A stretch of 64,000 nt of DNA. Source: Mantamonas sphyraenae STR306 (Eukaryota; Protista; CRuMs). Positions within the stretch are counted from its first letter, which is position 1. Each line of letters opens with the position of its first letter. Made by a program: the position numbers and the translations under genes. The stretch covers positions 186,001 through 250,000 of the forward strand of contig JAPMXV010000021.1 in the NCBI GenBank assembly GCA_026936335.1, written 5' to 3'. The notes under the pieces are model-generated. The model had not been told where the DNA came from, ran no database searches, and was given only the letters and a program-made list of their open reading frames with translations. Of the stretch, positions 33,919 to 45,346 are shown piece after piece.

Positions 33919-36179
33919 ATGTCCATCCAAAATCCCAAGATTCAGGCGTTGAGAGCGGAGGGCGGAACACCAGCGGCTCTGGGTGGTGCCAAGGGCAACG
34001 AAAAGACGCCGTTGATTCGCCGCGACTCTGTGGCCCATCTGGGAGAGATTGAAGGGAGTGAGGCTGAAGGGTTTGGAGAAAAGACTATCGGGTTCTTTGG
34101 AGGCTTCTCGCTGACGGTGGGTGCAGCGGATGGGATGGAGAGAGAAAGCAACGGGAGTGAGCGACGGCCACATGCGCGTGTACTGACAGCGTGGAGAGGA
34201 TGGGCGTCCGGGTGTGCACCGGCTGTATGCATGTGCTGATATCTGATGTGTTGGGCGTGGGGCCATGTGTGCGTGTGTCGATTAGGCCAAGTAAGTGTGG
34301 TACAGGCGGAGAAAGACACAAACGGTAAGAGGGGTTGGCACTGACACACGTATGGCACGTTGCGGACATTGTATGCTCGTGTTGACCTTTTCTGTGATGG
34401 GCTGTGTTGACAGCAACGTGAGCGGGCCTGGCTGTGTGGCTATTCCGGTTCTGGTACGTGTGTGAGCGAGGCCAGAGAGAACTGCTGCTGCTGCTGCTGC
34501 TGCTGGGATTTCAAACTAACGCGTGCCCCGTTTGCGACACACAGTTCCAGCAGGCTGGCTGGTTGACACCCACAATTGCTCTGATTATGTTTACGGTGAT
34601 CGGCACGTTTGCTGGCACGATGTTGATTGAGGCCATGGCGCGAGTGCCAGGTAACCAGAGCTTTGATGTAGGTTCTCTTCGCGGACTTGGGACAACGCTG
34701 AGGAGCCCTGCTGACACGGACGACTGCGCGGCGCATACAACGCCATGGCAACCACAACCACGGTCGCACACACACACATGCACGCTCACACACCTGCAGA
34801 AACGTATTGAGCTGACGTCTGTGGCTCACTACTTCCTGCCGCACTGGGGCTACCATCTGACGCAGTTTCTGATGGTGTTTTCGCTGCAGTCTGTGAACAT
34901 CTCGTCGATCATTGTTTCTGCACAGACCATGGACCTGACGCTGATTGCCATCTTTGGCAAGACGTGCGGCCTGGAGCTGTACCCCGAGTTTCGTGGCGTG
35001 TGCCCGGATGCGCCGGGCAAGGACATCTCGCCCTTTGGACCTGTGTTTGTCATTTCGCTTGGCTTCCTCGTGGTCATGGTCCTCATTCTGCCCTTTGGCT
35101 ACTTCAACCTGGACGACTCGATCATCCTGCAGAGTGTGTCGTTTGTGGTCCTGTGCACCATCCTCACCATCTGGACCGTCGATTTCTGCCTGTCGGGCCT
35201 GCACTTTGACCGCGTGCCCATGATTGGCGATTCACAGTACTCGGTGCTAGGGACGATTATGTTCAATTACGCGTTTGTGACCTCTGTACCATCGTGGGTG
35301 AACGAAAAGGTAAGCTGAGAGGAACCGAGCGTCAGCAGGGGCAGCCAGGGAGAAGTGCAGGGCGCTCAGGGGTGTGTGTGTAAACGTGTGACCACTGACA
35401 CAGTAAGAGGGGGGGTTGTGCAGAAACCGGAGGTCAGCATCCAGAAGACGATGTGGGGTGGCGTGACGCTGTCGACGGGCATGTTCCTTGTGATGGGCTT
35501 TTTTGGCGGCTGGGCGCTGACTTTTACGGGCAACCAGGACATGCTGGACGGAGTGGCCAGTGCGCACGGCCCGCTGCGTTTGGCGTCGCAGGTGTCTGTG
35601 TATGTGTTCCCTGCGGTGGTTCTGCTTTCGTCCATCCCTGTGTTTTCGATCATTGTGCGCTACAACCTGATCGAGAACAAGATTTGCAACAAGTTCTGGG
35701 CCAACATGTTTGCCAATGTGTTTCCGTGGGTTGTGTCTGTGCCCTTTTACACGGGGTCAGGCCTGACAGAGATCATCAACTGGAGCTCGCTGTTTGTCAA
35801 CGGCGTGGTCAACTTTATCATCCCGCTGTGGATCTACATCGAGTCTCGCAAGGCTGTGGATGCACAACGCAACGTGAGCCTTGCCGACAGTGAGTTTTGG
35901 GGTCAGAGGGCGCGGGAGACAAAGGGTAGCGACAAGGCAGCCTCTGACACACAGACACCACACGCCATTCCATCCACAGTGTCCACTGCGGCGTCTGAAA
36001 AGCCAAGCGTGGAGGAGGAGGTCGATTTCGAGGCCATCCCGCAGAACATGCAGGAAGCGTTGCCGTGGCTCGACGGCCAGACTATGGCGTCGGTTTTCAT
36101 GTGGCTGCTGATTGTGCTGACTGTGGTTGTGATCATCATCGACGTGGTGATGACAGCTCTGGGCCACAATGTGGTGTGA
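33919..36179 (+). CDS. Amino-acid transporter (Aa_trans/AAAP). Exons 33919-34116, 34286-34290 (5-nt microexon), 34414-34453, 34545-34667, 34800-35309, 35424-36179
   Basis: Spliced FSLT-ANN-VSGPGCVAIPVL-FQQAGW, FNYAFVTSVPSWVNEK, SSIPVFSIIVRYNL; many hydrophobic helices. Confidence 0.88.
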
Positions 36180-36208
36180 AGGATAGGAAATGCATTTGCG
36201 ATTTGAGC

Positions 36209-39203
36209 CTACAGGGCGTCGAGCTCATCCAGCAGTGCGTCAAAGTCCATGTCGTCGTCCATGTCGTCGCCAGCGTCGAGAAAGCCTGCCATCTGGGATG
36301 GTGTGGTACCTGCAATCATGCCCCACAGCTCGCTGATGTCGCTGGTGGCGCTGGAGTCGTAGACGCTCTCGCGGCCAAGGGCGTGCGCCACACTTGCGCC
36401 GTAGCCAGAGGACTGGGGATATGTGTAGCTATCGTCATCGTCGTCCCCACTGTCGTTGTTGTCGCCTGCTTGCGCGTCGTCATCGTCAATGGCGGCTTGC
36501 GAGGTGGTAGAGGTGGTGGTTGTGCCTGACGCTAGAGTGCGCTTCTGGTCGCCGCCCATGCCCAGCAGCATGGCCAGGTTGTCGTCGTAGGAAGCGTCTG
36601 AAGAGGCGTGCATGCGGCTTGAGCGTTTGCTGGCCATGTGCTCAGACTGGTCCACGTCTGTGTCAGCAGCGTCGTCGTCGTTGTCGCCCTCAGCGTCGTC
36701 GCCCTCTTGGTTGGCGGCTGGCATCGAGGCGTCCATGCCCAGCAGCTTGGACAGGCTGTCGTTGAACTCTGCATCCGACTCTGTGCGGCTGTCACGCACG
36801 TTGGCCTGTTGGGACGAGGGCTGCGGTGCTTCAAAGAGGAGCTGGTCGAGCTCCGAGTCTACGGCCGCGTTGTCTTGCTCCTGCTGCTCCTGTGTGTTCT
36901 CGCCGGGCCTTGAATCTTCCTTGGACGGGACGTCCGTGGTGGTGGTGGATGGTGTGGCCTGGGGCAAGGTCTCTTCGAGTTGCAGGAGCTCGTTAAAGGC
37001 TTCGTCGCTGGCGTCTTCGTGTTGCTGCTCTGTCGTGTCGTCGAGGTCGAGTAGCTGGGCAAAGGCTTCATCGCTGGCGTCTGTTGACTGGACGCGGTTG
37101 GTACCAAGGGCCTCTGCAAGCAAGTCGGACTTGGACGGGGGCTGTGTGCGCCTGGGGGGCGGGGTGGGAGGAGTTTCATCGTCGCCGTCGCCGTTCTGGT
37201 CTTGGTTTGTGACGGCGCCGGCAAAGCGCTTGGGTGGGACGGGTGGAGGGCCAGCTTGAGAGTTGGCAGCCATTTGCTGCTGCTTGCTGATTGCCTGTTT
37301 GATGAGGGAGGGCTGGCGAGAGAGATTCAGAGAAGCGCGGCGCTGCTCAACCTCGTGCTTGACCTGGTCTTCGGTACTCTTGTCAAAGCTAAAGAGCCAA
37401 GTGTAGTCGCCTGCGGCGTCGCCAAAGGCAGAGACAATGGAAGCGATGACCTCGTCGTGTTGGAGCTGGCGCTCGATGCCCGAGGTGTGGACAAGGTTGA
37501 GGGCAAACTTGGTTGCGTCTGCAGAGGGCATGGCGATCTTGCGGAGGACCTTGTGGATGACGTCGCGTACGGTGTGGGACTGTGTGTATGCAACCGTCTT
37601 CCAGCTCTTGTCCTTGAAATAGATGCGGAGGGCGGCTGGAGTGGGTTTGTGCTGACTCTTGCGCAGGTTCTCCATGTTCTTTGCCCCGAGAGAGGCGGTG
37701 CGCTTGTTGGTCATACTACGGCCGATGCGCTCTGAAGCATCCTGGGAGAGAGAAAACACAAGTTGGATGTCAGAGGCGCTGTCGAGGAGGGAGGCGACGT
37801 TTGCGTCGTCGGCAAGGGCAGTTTGGTCGGTTTCGTCGCGCTGATCAGCGGGGCAGCTGGCAAGGGTGAAATTGGCTGGGTTCTTGCCCTGCAACTTGAG
37901 CTTCTTGAGGATCTGAGACTTGAGCTGGAGCACGTTGGTGTCGCTGCGGTAGACAAAGGTCTTGAAGGAGTCGTCGCGGAAGTAGACGCGTGTCGTCTTT
38001 GGTGGCTCGGAGGAGGCGAGTGCAGAGGTGGTGGATGTGGAAGAGGTGGTGGATGTGTTGCTGTTGCTGTTGCTGTTGCTGATGCTGTTGACGTTTGCGG
38101 TGGAGGAGGCGTCGCGGAGGGAGGACTGTGTGACGTTGCCGCTGATGGCAGCACTCTTGATGTCTGTGACCCAGGCGTCGCGTTCGTCCTCTGTGTCTGC
38201 AGCCATGAGGTAGGCCTTTCCCGGAACAGTGATGCAGAAGCAATAGTCGCGGTTGTCCTGGACGAGGTTGCAGGTAGTGCCGGCCAGGTCGATGACGCCG
38301 GTGGGCTTGTCGTCCTTTCCTTCGGGCATGGTTTTGAAGTAGGCCAGCATGTGGTCTGTTTTGTTGAGGACAAAGTACCGTTCCTGCCACTTTGTGCCAA
38401 AGGCGCCGCCCTTCTTGTAGAGGAAGCCATTGCGGCCGGAGCTCCCCTTGATCAGTTTCTTGACGTATCCATCGACGCTCTTCTTTGCAGTGGAGGATGC
38501 AGAGGGTGAGGAGGGGCTCTGCTGAGGTTGCGAGTCGTCGACTTGCTGCTGGGCCTGCTGTGCGCCGGGGTAGTTTTTCGGCGGGAGGGTTGGCGGAGCT
38601 GCAGCTGCCTTTTGCAGGTGCTGTTCGCGCAGGGCAACCTGCTGTTGCTGTGGGAGTCGGGGTTGGAGGAGAAAGTGGGGAGCGCGGGAGCGGGAAATGG
38701 CAGGGATGGACATGGGAGACGAGAGTGTGAGCCGAGGCAAAGAAATGGAGAGCGGAAGACGCAGGGCCGAATTTGCGAGGAGAAGGTGGCGGGCGTACCA
38801 TGTTGGGAAGCATGGGTTTGATCTTGGGCACAATGTGCTTGCGTGTGTACGACGTGGGGAACCGCCCCTGTTTGCCGTTGACTGTACCCTGGGACCTGTG
38901 CAGTTGGGTGGTGAGGGAAGTGTCAGGATGGAGCGGATGCGCTTTGCACGTGACCAAGGGCAAGCGTACCAGTCTGCATCGAGGGCGGTGGCGTCGTGGA
39001 TAATGTCTCCCTTGCGCAGCTCGAGGTCGCCGTCTTGCTCCGGCTCAAAGTTGTGCGTAGCAATGAGCGTCGCGGCTGGGGTCGTGACATGGGCGACGGG
39101 GCGGGGTGAGCCTTTTGCTGGGGATTTGGGAAGGATGTGGGGAGAGAGGGAGGGGAGAGAGCGGCGCGCGGGGGGGGGAGGGGGGGAGGGACGTACTGGA
39201 CAT
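36209..39203 (-). CDS. SH3-PH-2x Ras-association/FERM-N-like adaptor with Pro-rich and acidic tail. Exons 39203-39197, 39075-38970, 38895-38799, 38647-36209
   Basis: Spliced SH3 ATHNFEPEQDGDLELRKGDII..DW|SQGTVNGKQGRFPTSY; PH GFLYKKG..WQERYFVL..AWVTDI; two ubiquitin-like units RVYFRDDSFKT and RIYFKDKSWKT; PPxPPK motifs. Confidence 0.82.
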
Positions 39204-39234
39204 GGATAAAGTGTGGTTTGTTTGTGCGGGACAG

Positions 39235-40807
39235 TCACGATTTGGTCAGGGCGGGGCGGCGTCGCAATCCGCCACCCATGCGCTTCTTCTTGAGACCGAG
39301 CTTGGGTTTGCCGAGGGCTGGGCCGCTGCTGCTGGCAGGCGACTTTTTCAGTCCCAGTCCGGAGCCACCGAGCTTGGGCTTGCCCAAGAGTCCCTTCTTC
39401 TTTGCCTTGAGAGCGCCTCCAAGAGGCTTCTTGAGACCGCCTGAACTTGCCGGGCTGCTCTTTGCGCTTGCGCTGCTTCCGATGCTCGAGGCGGTGCTCT
39501 TGGGCGTATCATGCGCCTCGTCGCCGTCGTCGTCGTCTGCGTCGTCGTGGACATTCTTGTTGTCGTCCTCGTTGTCCTCGTCGTCGTCGTCGTCGGCGTG
39601 TGCTGCGGTCGGGGCCGGCGCAGCTGCTGGCTTCTTCTTGGGCTTGATCAGCTTCTTCTTCTTGCCGACACCGGGTTTTGCGAGAGGCGTGCTTGCCTTG
39701 GAGGGAGCCGGTGCAGATGCACTGGCCTTCTTTGTTGTCTTTTTGGATGCGGCGGGCGTCTTCGTCTTCTTGCTGCCTGCACTCTTCTTCTTGCTCTTCT
39801 GGGCGGAGCCAAAGTCATCGTCGTCGTCGTCGTCGAGATTGTCGTCTTCAAACTCCTCATCGTAGTCGTCCTCCTCGTCGTCGACGGCAGCAGCGACGTC
39901 AAACTCGTCGTCGTCTTCCTGTGCGTCGGCAGCTGCAGCCTGCTGGTCGTCCTCCAGGAACATGGCTGCGTCCTCGTCGTCCAGGCCGTCGAGAAAGTCC
40001 AGGTCAGCCATTGTCTCTGAGTAGTTGACCTTCTTGCGACGGCGACGTCCTGGCTTCTCTTCGTACTCGGGTTCCTTTGCAGGCGAAGGCACGTAGTTGT
40101 TCTTCTTGCTGCTGCTCTTCTTCTTGCTGCTCTTCACGCTTGTGATCTCGTCCTCGTCGTCCTCGTCGCCTGCATGGCTGCTCTCTGCAGCACCTTTGAT
40201 CTCGTCGTCCTCGTCATCGCTTGCGCGCTGGCGCTTTGTGTCCGCCTGCTCCGCTTCCTCGCTCACCTGCTCGTTGTCCTCGGGTTCCTTGCGCTTACGG
40301 CTGCTGTTGCTGCTTTGGCTGCTGCTCGGGGCAGGCGCAAAGTCGTCCTCGTCGTCGATGTCAAGCGCACTCTTTTGAGACGTCGGCTCGGCTGTGTCTG
40401 GGTTGGGCGGAACAAACGGGTGAGCGATTCCAAGGTGAGCGATTGTGGACAATGCTCGCGTATCAAACACACATGCGCACAGACGACTTGCGTGTGTGCA
40501 TGTATGTGTTGGGGGTATGTTCCGTGTGTGTGGACGGTGTGGTGTGTGCATGTGGGATGTGTGCAACACATGGGGCTGAGAAAGGCGGCCTGCGCGCGGT
40601 TTTGGCGCGCTCGAAATCGCTGGGTTCCCGGGAACCTGAGTTCCTGTCTGATCGCTCACCTTGCTCGTCGTCCGCTTCCTCGTTGTCCGAGTCTGCCACC
40701 TCTGCATTGTCCACGTTGGTCTCTGTGGTGTCATCCACTTCCTGCGTGGTCTCTTTGGTCTCCATGGCATTCTCGTTGCTGTCCTGGTGTTGTTCGGTGT
40801 CGGTCAT
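39235..40807 (-). CDS. Hypothetical low-complexity acidic/lysine-rich protein, probably nuclear. Exons 40807-40660, 40391-39235
   Basis: GTGAGC donor and ACACAG acceptor join in phase 1; D/E tracts, RRRRKKVNYSE motif, K/G-rich C-terminus. Confidence 0.65.
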
Positions 40808-41019
40808 GTCGGCCGTTCTGTTTCTGCGTTTTTTTGCCTGGTGGTGAGTGCGCATGCGGCGCACATCACCATTTGAGCGGGTCAGAGACGAAAACGGGTG
40901 CACAAGAGTGGGTGGTGTGCAGGAGAATGCGTTGTTGCACCGCATGTTCACGTGTGTGGGCGTTTCCGTGGGGATGCAAACACACCCGCCCGGCCTCAAC
41001 CACAGCAAGGCACGGCGAG

Positions 41020-42489
41020 ATGTTCGGCAGGGCTCAGCCACAGGACAACAAACTGGTGCTGTCCAATGTCTACTCGTGGCTCAAGACGGACAACAAAATG
41101 CTTCTGCGTGCGTTGCAGGACACGTTTACGTTCAAGAAGCGCACGTTCAGCGGCGGGGGCGATGGACGAGGTCGGCGCTGGCCCAAGGAGTCGTCGAACC
41201 AGTTCTTCAACGCCAAACATGGGCGTTTTGGCACAGGTTTGTTGGAGGAAGTGCAGCAGTACCTACAGCTGATGCAGCAGCCGTGGGAGGTGGAAGACGA
41301 ACGAGCGCCGCTTCCGGCCACCAGTCCGGTGCACAGAGACTCGCTGGAGCATGCAGGATTCCGTCTGCACGACTACCAAGTCGATGTAGCGAACATGGCG
41401 CTGCAGCGTGAGCGTGGCGTGGTCAAGTGCGCGACGGGAGGTGGCAAAACGGTGATATTTGCAGCGGTGGTGAACAGCCTGGCCAAGGACGCCCGCTGTG
41501 TGCTTCTGTTCCGCAACAAGGTGCTGGTTAATCAAGCCTACGAGACGCTGCACGCATGCGGCGTGTCTGGTCTGGTGCGCAACACCATGGACCATGCCGT
41601 GCACGTAGACACAAACACGCGTGTGGTGTGTTCCACAGTGCAATCGTTGCACAAGGTGGAGCCTCAGTATGTGAGGAACGCCCATGCCGTCATTGTGGAC
41701 GAGTGCCACGAGTTCACCTCGCCCAAGTCGACCAAGGTGCTGCGCGAGTTTCGCAACGCCCGGCTCCGCCTGGGCTTCTCCGCCACGCCCTTCCGTCTGG
41801 ACGACGAAATCCACAACCACCGACTCAAGAGCATGTTGGGTCAACAGCTGTGCGACATCGACACAGAGACGCTAACCGACGCAGACATCCTGGCGGGCGC
41901 AACGTGTCACTTTCACCCCGTGCGACCGTACCGTGGCCATGCCGATCTGAACAGCCTGCAGTGGCCTCAAGCCGAAGTAGAAGGGATTGTGCACAACGAG
42001 GCGTTCCACGACCAGGTGGTGGACCTTGTGCAGGGCATTTCGCACGGTCGTGTCATGATCATGGTTCAGCGGCTGCTGCACGGCGATCAGCTGGCTGCTC
42101 GCATGCCCGGATGCTACTGGATCTCTGGGGAGGACTCGGCAGACACACGTCGGTATGTCTTTGACCAGCTGAGCGGCCGCTTCGACGGCTCGGATGATGA
42201 TGCGCAGGACGGCGTCAAGCGCGCCCCGCGCAAGGTCGTGGCTGTGGTGTCGTCTATTGGTAACGTGGGCGTCAACGTGTTTGTCCATCATTTGATCAAC
42301 GCGGCCGGTGGCAAGAGCCCACATTTGACCATCCAAAAAGTGGGCCGAGGCCTGCGCAAGGCTTCGGACAAACAAAGGCTGGACTACCACGATTTTGTTC
42401 ACGAGGACAACGTGTACTTGCGTCGCCACAGTGAACAACGCATGCGCACATTGCGCAGCGAGGGACACAAGGTGCAAGTGGAGCGGTGA
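41020..42489 (+). CDS. SF2 DNA helicase of the UvsW type (phage/NCLDV A18-like), intronless
   Basis: Q motif LHDYQ, Walker A ATGGGKT, IVDECH, GFSATP, AAGGKS..IQKVGRGLRK, C-terminal YLRRHSEQR..SEG; UvsW-like N-terminal domain. Start codon inferred. Confidence 0.85.
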   Translation: MFGRAQPQDNKLVLSNVYSWLKTDNKMLLRALQDTFTFKKRTFSGGGDGRGRRWPKESSNQFFNAKHGRFGTGLLEEVQQYLQLMQQPWEVEDERAPLPATSPVHRDSLEHAGFRLHDYQVDVANMALQRERGVVKCATGGGKTVIFAAVVNSLAKDARCVLLFRNKVLVNQAYETLHACGVSGLVRNTMDHAVHVDTNTRVVCSTVQSLHKVEPQYVRNAHAVIVDECHEFTSPKSTKVLREFRNARLRLGFSATPFRLDDEIHNHRLKSMLGQQLCDIDTETLTDADILAGATCHFHPVRPYRGHADLNSLQWPQAEVEGIVHNEAFHDQVVDLVQGISHGRVMIMVQRLLHGDQLAARMPGCYWISGEDSADTRRYVFDQLSGRFDGSDDDAQDGVKRAPRKVVAVVSSIGNVGVNVFVHHLINAAGGKSPHLTIQKVGRGLRKASDKQRLDYHDFVHEDNVYLRRHSEQRMRTLRSEGHKVQVER

Positions 42490-42513
42490 GGCGGAACCGT
42501 TGTTTTCTTTCTT

Positions 42514-44217
42514 TCAATGCCCCTCTGCGATCAAGTCCTGGATGACAACGACGACGCCGATGATGCCGCCCACGAGGCCAAACACAATGATGGCGTAATC
42601 TTTGTAGATTTCCCAGCGTGCAAGCTGCGGTCCAAAGAGGTGGATGTGAAAGAGGCAAGGAAGGATGAAGGCGAGGGCAGACGAGCCCACGGCGCCGACA
42701 ATGCTGATGAAGAAGCCAAAGTCGTTGCGAAAGATAATGGCAATGATGGTGGAGGCAATGACGAGCGACAGGCGCAGCACGTTGCGCTTCCAGGTGAGCG
42801 GGACCGAGGCCAAGAAGCCTCGCTTGCTGGAGGACGAGATGGACGATGCGTCAACGTACTCGTCGTCGTCATCGCCGCTCATGCCGTCGAGTTGGTCGTG
42901 TGCAAGCAGCCCCTGTGTTTCAGATGAGGTGGCCTGGCGCTTGGGCAGGCGGTCGTGCTCGAGATCAGAGTCGGCGGGGCCGTGGCCGTCGGTGTTGTTG
43001 TCGTCGTCGTCGTCGTCGCTGAAGGAGGCGCCGTGCGGGCGTGGAGGGTCGACCTGGTCGCCAAAGGCAAGGCGCTCTGCAATCTCGATGACAGGATAGA
43101 GCTGGAGCGGATAGGTAAAGAGGATGCCGACGACAAGGCCGACCTGGAGGACCGATACAATGAGGGTGCCAGTGGGCAGAGCCTGTGTGATGATCTGGGT
43201 GGTGCGTAGGCCATACTTTGCGTACCCGAGCATGCCAAAAGAACCGAGGATGAGCGAGACGAGGACGATGACGAGATGGAGGAGACGAGGAAAAGCACGT
43301 CTGTTGTTGCCCATTGAGGCCTCGATGGGGATGATGGTGCCGATGCCCTCGTAAGCAGCAGTAACGGTGCCAAAGAAGACAGGGGCAGTGTCCCAGCGAA
43401 AGGCCTGGACGTCGGGGCTGGGAGTAAAGTCGAGGAGCTCGTACACGCAAACCATGACAAAGCCAGCGAGGATAGCAACGTTGGCGAGGATGGAGAAGGG
43501 TGAGAGGGCGCGCACGGAGCGCATGAGAGAGATGGGCAGGAGGAGGGCCAGAGGCATGAGCATGAGCAAGGCAATGTCGACGGAGGGGAGCAGGTCGCTG
43601 AGGGTGTTTCCCATGACTATAAAGACAAGGGTGGGACACGAGGCGGGTCAGCAGGGTGAAAAGGTGCACGTGGGGAATATGGTGTGGCGGTGTCGTGCGC
43701 TGGGCGGCGTGTGGGGGCACGTACAGATAAAATAGCCGACACAGAAACCAAACTGGGTGAAACACAAAGCAACGTCGACGATAACTCCGCCGCGGTCGCC
43801 GTAGCAAACACGTCCAATGTCGCTGTAGGTGGTGAGTTTTTCCATGCGCTCGAGAACAAAGGCAGGCATGACGGGTTTGCCGTCTTTGTCCTTGACAGAG
43901 TCCTCGACACGCAGCTGAACGGCGCGTGATTTGGCGAGGACAATGAGCTGGCAGCAGTGGTCTGTGATGAGAGCGACCACGACAAGGCCGATGACGCCCA
44001 AGACCATGCCCGCATTCATAAAGGCAAAGGGCAGGCCAAGGTAATTGGAGCCGACAAAGGCCTTGAGGATGTTCATGAAATCGCTGAGAACGTCGCGGAA
44101 GGGCACTGCGGCAATGCGAGCGGCTCTGTCGCTGGCGTCGGTGGAGGTGGAAAGGATGGAGCGTGCGCTGGAGCGATCATCGCTCTGGATGGCGCCCGAG
44201 GATGAAACACGCTGCAT
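42514..44217 (-). CDS. Proton-coupled amino-acid transporter (SLC36/AVT3-like). Exons 44217-43725, 43616-42514
   Basis: NILKAFVGSNYLGLPFAFMNAG, TQFGFCVGYFI|FMG, FFGTVTAAYEGIG, FTYPLQLYP, VGAVGSSALAFILP. Confidence 0.92.
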
Positions 44218-44651
44218 CGTGGTTGCGCCAGCTTGCGCATCCAAACAGAACAACAACACACAATGGTGAGTGGATGGGCATGGTGTGGCACCACACGTAT
44301 GGCGTGTGTCGCATAGTGGGATGGAGATGTGAGATCGTGTGTGTGTGCGTATGGGCGTGGCCGTGGCGGAGTCGGCCGAGGGCGTGGGTTGCGTGTTTGG
44401 GAATTGCGAGAAGCAGCGACGCACTGGAAGCCGCCTGCTCGTGCAGGCTTGCATGGCACAAGTCACAGACCATTCGCCGTGGATGGATGTGTGGATGTGT
44501 GTGCTTGTCTGCATGCTGGTGTCGGTCAAGGAGGCGTCGTGTGAGAGTGCAGCTGGGCCAAGCTGTGATGCGCATGCAGAACGCGACGCAGCCGAGGTCG
44601 CTCAAGCACCGTTTCCCTCGCCTCGCGCTCTTGCAGGACGCCCAGGCGACC

Positions 44652-45207
44652 ATGCACGGTGTATGAGGATGGCCGGTGACTGCAGTGCGTGTGTGTGGCG
44701 TGTGGGTGGTGTTGCTTTGTATGTACCGAGCGTGTGGTGCCCAAGCACGGCTTTGCATGCGAGGCCAGGCAGAGCTGCGCGCTTGGCACCCACGCTTGCG
44801 CACGCAGCAAGCCTCTGCAGACACAACCAGACACACACGGACGCATATGTGTGCATGTACAGACGCATGGGCGTACGGTACACGCAGTGCAAAGGCAGTG
44901 TGGAGAGCAAAGGGGCGAGCAAAAGGTGGCAGGGGAATTTGTGGCTGACCCTCTTTTTCGCCCGCGTTGCGTTTTGCGCACTCGCCCACGTGCGTGTGGA
45001 TGGACACAGAGCGATACCGAGGTTAAGAACGCCGAAGTGATCAAGGTGCTGGGCCGCACAGGTGCTCGTGGTCAGGTGACCCAGGTGCGCGTGCAGTTCC
45101 TGGACGAGAGCCAGCGTGTGATTGTGCGCAACGTCAAGGGCCCCGTGCGCGAGGGTGACGTCCTGGCACTCATGGAGACGGAGCGTGAGGCACGCCGTCT
45201 GCGATAA
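44652..45207 (+). CDS. RPS28: 40S ribosomal protein S28 (eS28). Main exon 45010-45207; tiny first exon uncertain (ATGCACGGT 44652-44660 or ATGGGC 44867-44872)
   Basis: [58 protein letters not shown]; ACACAG acceptor at 45009. Confidence 0.95.
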
Positions 45208-45346
45208 ATGCGCGGTTGCGCGCCTTGGCTGGGTTCTGGCCCTGCCGCATTGACCTGTGGCAGAAGCTGGACAGCGAGACAATTTCATCAATGCAGATTT
45301 CGTCCTTCTCCTGGATCCAATGTTGAACTCATCGCTCACTTATTGT

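Noticed and set aside
36209-40807. Merging the acidic/Lys-rich gene and the SH3-PH gene into one
   Set aside because: There is a stop at 39235 without a good donor, and an independent ATG TCC A|GTACGT first exon at 39203 splices in frame to the SH3 domain.
40174-41019. N-terminal extension of the 771-aa helicase ORF
   Set aside because: It overlaps the minus-strand acidic gene and its intron in antisense. Helicase-like sequence begins only after ATG 41020.
41020-42489. Calling the helicase IRC3 or XPB
   Set aside because: ATGGGKTVIF resembles Irc3, but the N-terminal domain and the C-terminal GGKS and YL..H...R signature fit UvsW better. No symbol assigned without a phylogeny.
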